DNA of 62,979 bases, counting the filler, from Saprolegnia diclina VS20 (Eukaryota): NCBI RefSeq assembly GCF_000281045.1. It is 8 parts of 3 records of this genome, joined end to end, with 100 filler letters (N's around TTAATTAATTAA, not from the genome) between each part and the next. Parts side by side here need not be neighbours in the genome. Positions count along the whole stretch, not along the records: positions 56,979 to 59,791 come from NW_008246075.1; positions 59,892 to 61,391 come from NW_008246075.1; positions 61,492 to 62,979 come from NW_008246075.1; 5 more parts are not named here. One strand, 5' to 3'. Below, piece after piece: positions 58,838 through 62,979 of this stretch (its first letter is position 1; each line of letters opens with the position of its first letter). The position numbers were made by a program, and so were the translations under genes. The notes under the pieces were generated by a model, which did no database searches, was not told the DNA's origin, and saw only the letters and a list, made by a program, of their open reading frames with translations.

Positions 58838-59791
58838 ATGAAGACTGCCTTCCTCCTCCTCACGCTCTCGGCGGCCGCGACGGCCACGTCGCAGCAGCAG
58901 TTCAAGGTCTGCAAGACCCACGACGACTGCAACCAAGGCTTCTTCTGCCGCCCCACCGACGACAAGGCGTTCTCCATGTGCCAGCCCGGTGACCGCCCGG
59001 CGTCGGGCCCGACCACCGCCCCCAAGCCAACGGACGCGTCCAAGCCGACGGAGGCGCCCAAGGCGACCGACGCCCCCGCCGTTGGCAAGGGCAAGCAGTT
59101 CGACCCCTGCACGAGCAACGAGAGCTGCAGCAAGGGCCTCTTCTGCAAGCAGACCGACAAGCCGCTCGACGGCAAGTACTTCTCCATGTGCCAGCCCAAC
59201 GAAGGCTGCGCCAAGATCTACGGCCAGTGCGGCGGCAAGGGCTTCTCCGGCCCCAGCTGCTGCGGCAACGGCAACGCGTGCAAGGCCCAGAACGAGTGGT
59301 ACTCGCAGTGCGTGCCGGCCAGCCACGCGATGGCGTCGGAGGCTTCGTGCACCAACGTGAGCGTCGAGGGCGATGCCACGTACTGCATTGAGGGCGCGAT
59401 CTGCGGCGGCGCGGGCGACAAGTGCCCGAAGAAGGGCGATGTGGCCGTTGCCGACTGCATCAAGACGCTGAAGAGCTACGCGGACGGTGCTAAGTGCGTG
59501 GCGCCGGTGGACGCCACTTGCCAGACGATCAAGACGGGCGCGAAGGGCTGCGTCTTTGGCTCGTCGGAGCCGGCTGGCCCCACGCAGGCTCCGGCGGGTC
59601 CTACCCAGGCTCCGGCTGGCCCCACCCAGGCACCCGCTGGTCCCACGCAGGCGCCCACGAGCGGCCAGTGCGCTGAGAACCACAGCCAGTGCAACGGCCA
59701 GAACTGGCCGTTCGGCGTGTGCTGCAAGGACCCGAACTTTGAGTGCAACAAGAAGAACGACTACCTCTCGCTCTGCGAGCCCAAGAAGAAG
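58838..59791 (+). CDS. Secreted Cys-rich carbohydrate-binding protein (CBM1 domains, P/T linkers), 3' end in gap
   Basis: Signal peptide [58 protein letters not shown] module; second CBM1-like [10 protein letters not shown]...NDYLSLC. Confidence 0.9.
59570..59653 (+). repeat. Four copies of a 21-bp coding repeat (PAGPTQA)
   Basis: PAGPTQA x4. Confidence 0.9.
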
Positions 59792-60241
59792 NNNNNNNNN
59801 NNNNNNNNNNNNNNNNNNNNNNNNNNNNNNNNNNNTTAATTAATTAANNNNNNNNNNNNNNNNNNNNNNNNNNNNNNNNNNNNNNNNNNNNTCTAGTCCT
59901 CCGTAGGCCCTCCCATGCACGCGTTCCGTCATGAGCGTCGGGCGCCTCTTCGTCGCGACTGTACAGCTTTTGATTCGCAAAATCCATGAATCAATCGCCG
60001 AATTCGGACGTTCTCGACTTTTCTTTGTGCGCCGATTTGGCGCGCTCTCCAACCCGCCACTTTACACTTGCCGTTTGTATACCCTGGGTGTCCCGCGCGT
60101 TTTTAAAAAACCAGAATATTGTGCCACGTCAGCGACTGATCTTGGTGTTTGTATGTGACATACAAAGTACAAGTGAGCTCATTTTTATCGCACCTTGGCG
60201 AGCGCATCGGGTCGCATTCATTTTCGAGCTTTCGGCCGACG

Positions 60242-61391
60242 ATGAAGACGCTCCTGCTCGCCGGCGCAGCCGCGCTGGTACGCGCCGTCGCCGCCGAGGA
60301 CAAGGCCGCCGCCGTCTTCGGCTACATGCCCGCCGACATGGTGCGCAACATCCAGTGCCAAGTGTGCAAGACGCCCGAGCTCACGGGCACCGTCACGGAC
60401 TCATGCTGCAACTACGAGACGGTCGACGTGGCGACGCAGGCCCACTTCCACCCGCTTCTCGACGAGCTCCGGACACTCTCGTTCTTTCGGTACTTCAAGG
60501 CCGATTTGACCAAGGAGTGCCCGTTCTGGCACTCGAACAACCAGTGCGCGAACCGCGACTGCTCTGTGTGCGAATGCGCCAAGGAAGAGATCCCCGCCAA
60601 GTGGTATGCGCAGGACGAGGCTGCAAAAGAGGCGCGCGAGCGTGAGGCGCAGCAGCCCTGCGACGACCAACGCGGCGAGGGCGAGCTCTCCAAGATTGAC
60701 CGCGCCAACGCGGCCGTCGGTACCAACTTCAACCCGTGGTCGACAGCAGCCATCGAGGACGACGTGCCCAACGAAGACGCCATGATCTACGTCAACCTGC
60801 TCGAGAACCCCGAGCGTTTTACGGGCTACAGCGGCAACTCGGCGTGGCGCGTCTGGAAGGCCATTTACGAGGAAAACTGCTTTCACTCGGACGAGCTCTG
60901 CCTCGAGGAGCGTGTCTACTACCGCCTCATCTCGGGTCTCCACACGTCCATCAACACGCACGTCGCACTCGACTTTCGCTTTGGCGACCATTGGGGCCCC
61001 AACACCAATATGTTTGTCGACCGCGTCGGCGCGTTTCCCGAGCGGCTGCAAAACATGTATTTTACCTACCTCTTTGTCTTGCGCGCGGTCGGGCGGTACC
61101 GCGAAGTGCTACTCAACTACGACTACTCGACCGGGAACGCGTACGACGACCAGCGCGTGCCCGAGCACGTGCTCCGCGCGCTCTTTGACGTCGACAACAC
61201 GGCCTTCAACGCCAGCTGCCGCGCGCCGTCCGACTCGCGCGCGGTCCTCGCCGGCTTCAACGAGACGATGCTCTTCTCGAAAGGCGTCTCGGTCGCCCAC
61301 CAGCGCGACCAGTTTCAGCGCAAGTTTGAAAACGTCTCGCGCATCATGGACTGCGTCACGTGCGAAAAGTGCCGGCTCTGGGGCAAGATCC
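60242..61391 (+). CDS. ERO1: ER oxidoreductin 1 (3' end in gap)
   Basis: Signal peptide, FFRYFKADL..ECPFW, YVNLLENPERFTGY, CLEERVYYRLISGLHTSIN, RIMDCVTCEKCRLWGK. Confidence 0.96.
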
Positions 61392-61491
61392 NNNNNNNNN
61401 NNNNNNNNNNNNNNNNNNNNNNNNNNNNNNNNNNNTTAATTAATTAANNNNNNNNNNNNNNNNNNNNNNNNNNNNNNNNNNNNNNNNNNNN

Positions 61492-61763
61492 GCGTCAGTC
61501 GGCACCTTGGTAGGAGCGTCTGTGACAGCATCCGTTGGCGCATCCGTTGGCTTCGGCGCCTTGGTGGGAGCGTCGGTGGGAGCCTCCGTCGGCACCGTTG
61601 GCACCGTCGTAGGTGCCGTCGTAGGTGCCTCGGTAGGACTGTCGGTCGGCGCTACCGTCACGTCATCAAGTACGCGGAGCATCCGGTGGCTGTCGGGATG
61701 GTCGAGGGCGCTGGCTGCGGCGGCGGCCGCCACGAAGGCGGCGATACATGCAGAAAGGCGCAT
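61492..61763 (-). CDS. Secreted Thr/Pro-rich mucin-like protein with RxLR-like motif (3' end in gap)
   Basis: MRLSACIAAFVAAAAAASA signal peptide, HRMLR, then PTDAPT/PTEAPT repeats. Confidence 0.78.
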
Positions 61764-62979
61764 GTCAGAAGTGGGCGCGGAGGCAACAAAACTGCAGTGG
61801 AGGCAGCCAGTGCACCTCGTTTCTTCGCACGCAATTGCACCTGCGAAAGGACACCTGCGCGCCGTGAGTCACGCGCCGGCAACTAAATTGGAGCTTCGAA
61901 CTTCGAAAAAGGCCCAAAGGCGCCTTAACGTGCGACTGCAAAGCACTTCGAACTACGGGTCGTAATGACTAGGAATCGTTGACGTTGTGCAGTGCACACG
62001 GCGCATAGTAAAATCAAATGAAACATGATGCTGTCGTCCCCACACAATCGCGCGACCACCCATCTGTTGCGGATTTGTTGTTGAATGAAGGTGTACCAGC
62101 AGCTTGCTGGCGCCGGCGGTGTCCGCGCACCACGCTTTTTGCAGCAATGGACCTCGTCTCTATACTAGCAATCGCGGCTTTTGCACGCCCGACGCCTACG
62201 CTATAATAGGAACGATGTGCGCTGGACCACACTGCCTACATCGTAAAGTCCCGTAACGTCAGTGTGTCCTGTAACTCACCCCTACGGCTGCCACGTATCT
62301 CTACATTTCTTGAAGCGCCGAAAGCACCTCGGCATGCCATTGATGAATGCTTCATGCAGATCTCGCGGTCGCCTCGAACACCATTGCATTATAGTTGGGT
62401 GCGTTTGCGGCACGAAGGGGCCCTCGGATGTATGGACGACGTAGTACACTGGGCGGTGCCGAAGCTGAATTCAAAGATACGCACTAGTACGAGATTTGGT
62501 CGCGCGTCTCGGCCACGAAAGAGTCCAGAGCCTCTGCACTGGGGCTGTAGATGGAGATACGTATTGAGGCGTGATAGACACAGTTCCAAGGACAAGTGTA
62601 TCTAGTGCATAACAATGGCATGGAGCAACATGGATACCCTGCGCAATGAGGTGGAATTTGGCATTACTCTTGTACAGGTCATTTAACCCTTCAACGCCCA
62701 ACTTTAAGCTGTGATCCATTCCAGCGTCGATCGAAAATGCTTATTTTACAGCTTTCAAATGATGTTTGAAGCAATATTAGGAGGGCAAAAGATCCATCAA
62801 ATGGTTGATCTGCGTGTTGATTGGTGGTTTTGACTATCGTTTCAAGCCAATCATCGACGACTCATTGATCGCATAGACAAATGATTGGGCAACCCTGCGC
62901 CGACTCGATCATCCATCCACGCCGCCCTCTGCAAAGAATTCGCAAGGACTCTTCATCGACTGTTGGCTCTACTGACATG

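Noticed and set aside
55075..61763. A genuine cluster of secreted carbohydrate-binding genes
   Set aside because: The genes lie on small contigs separated by linker gaps, so physical clustering is unproven
62200..62979. AT-richer terminal region with short ORFs
   Set aside because: No recognisable motif; truncated by the window edge

Overview
Eukaryotic genomic DNA with GC-rich codons and short GT-AG introns (about 40-60 nt). It is most consistent with an oomycete of the Saprolegniales type; this is inferred from gene families, intron style and INR/FPR/CCAAT promoter motifs. The assembly is a draft with ten 100-nt gaps, seven of which contain an artificial TTAATTAATTAA linker, so adjacency across gaps is not guaranteed. 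0-31 kb is mostly housekeeping: WDR6-like, ATG8, a PX protein, RNR small subunit, an ABCC transporter, an MFS transporter, organellar IF2, Tctex1, an SGNH hydrolase and a folate-biopterin transporter. Two unusual gene arrays stand out. (1) At 13.5-20.1 kb, six co-oriented intronless genes carry seven copies of a C-x6-C-x15-C-x2-H zinc finger followed by a basic helix, a domain I cannot name; a DNA polymerase alpha relic interrupts the array. (2) At 31.8-44.3 kb, six ankyrin-repeat/TKL-type kinase genes form three head-to-head pairs, each with one class I and one class II gene. All six are non-RD, five lack the catalytic Asp, and a 2.1-kb apparently perfect inverted repeat covers only the ankyrin and promoter parts. 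44-63 kb is a fragmented accessory region with a MULE transposase relic, tRNA-derived elements, a WRKY19-like zinc-finger gene, a hairpin-disrupted thaumatin/PAN gene, CBM1 and mucin-like secreted proteins, and ERO1.
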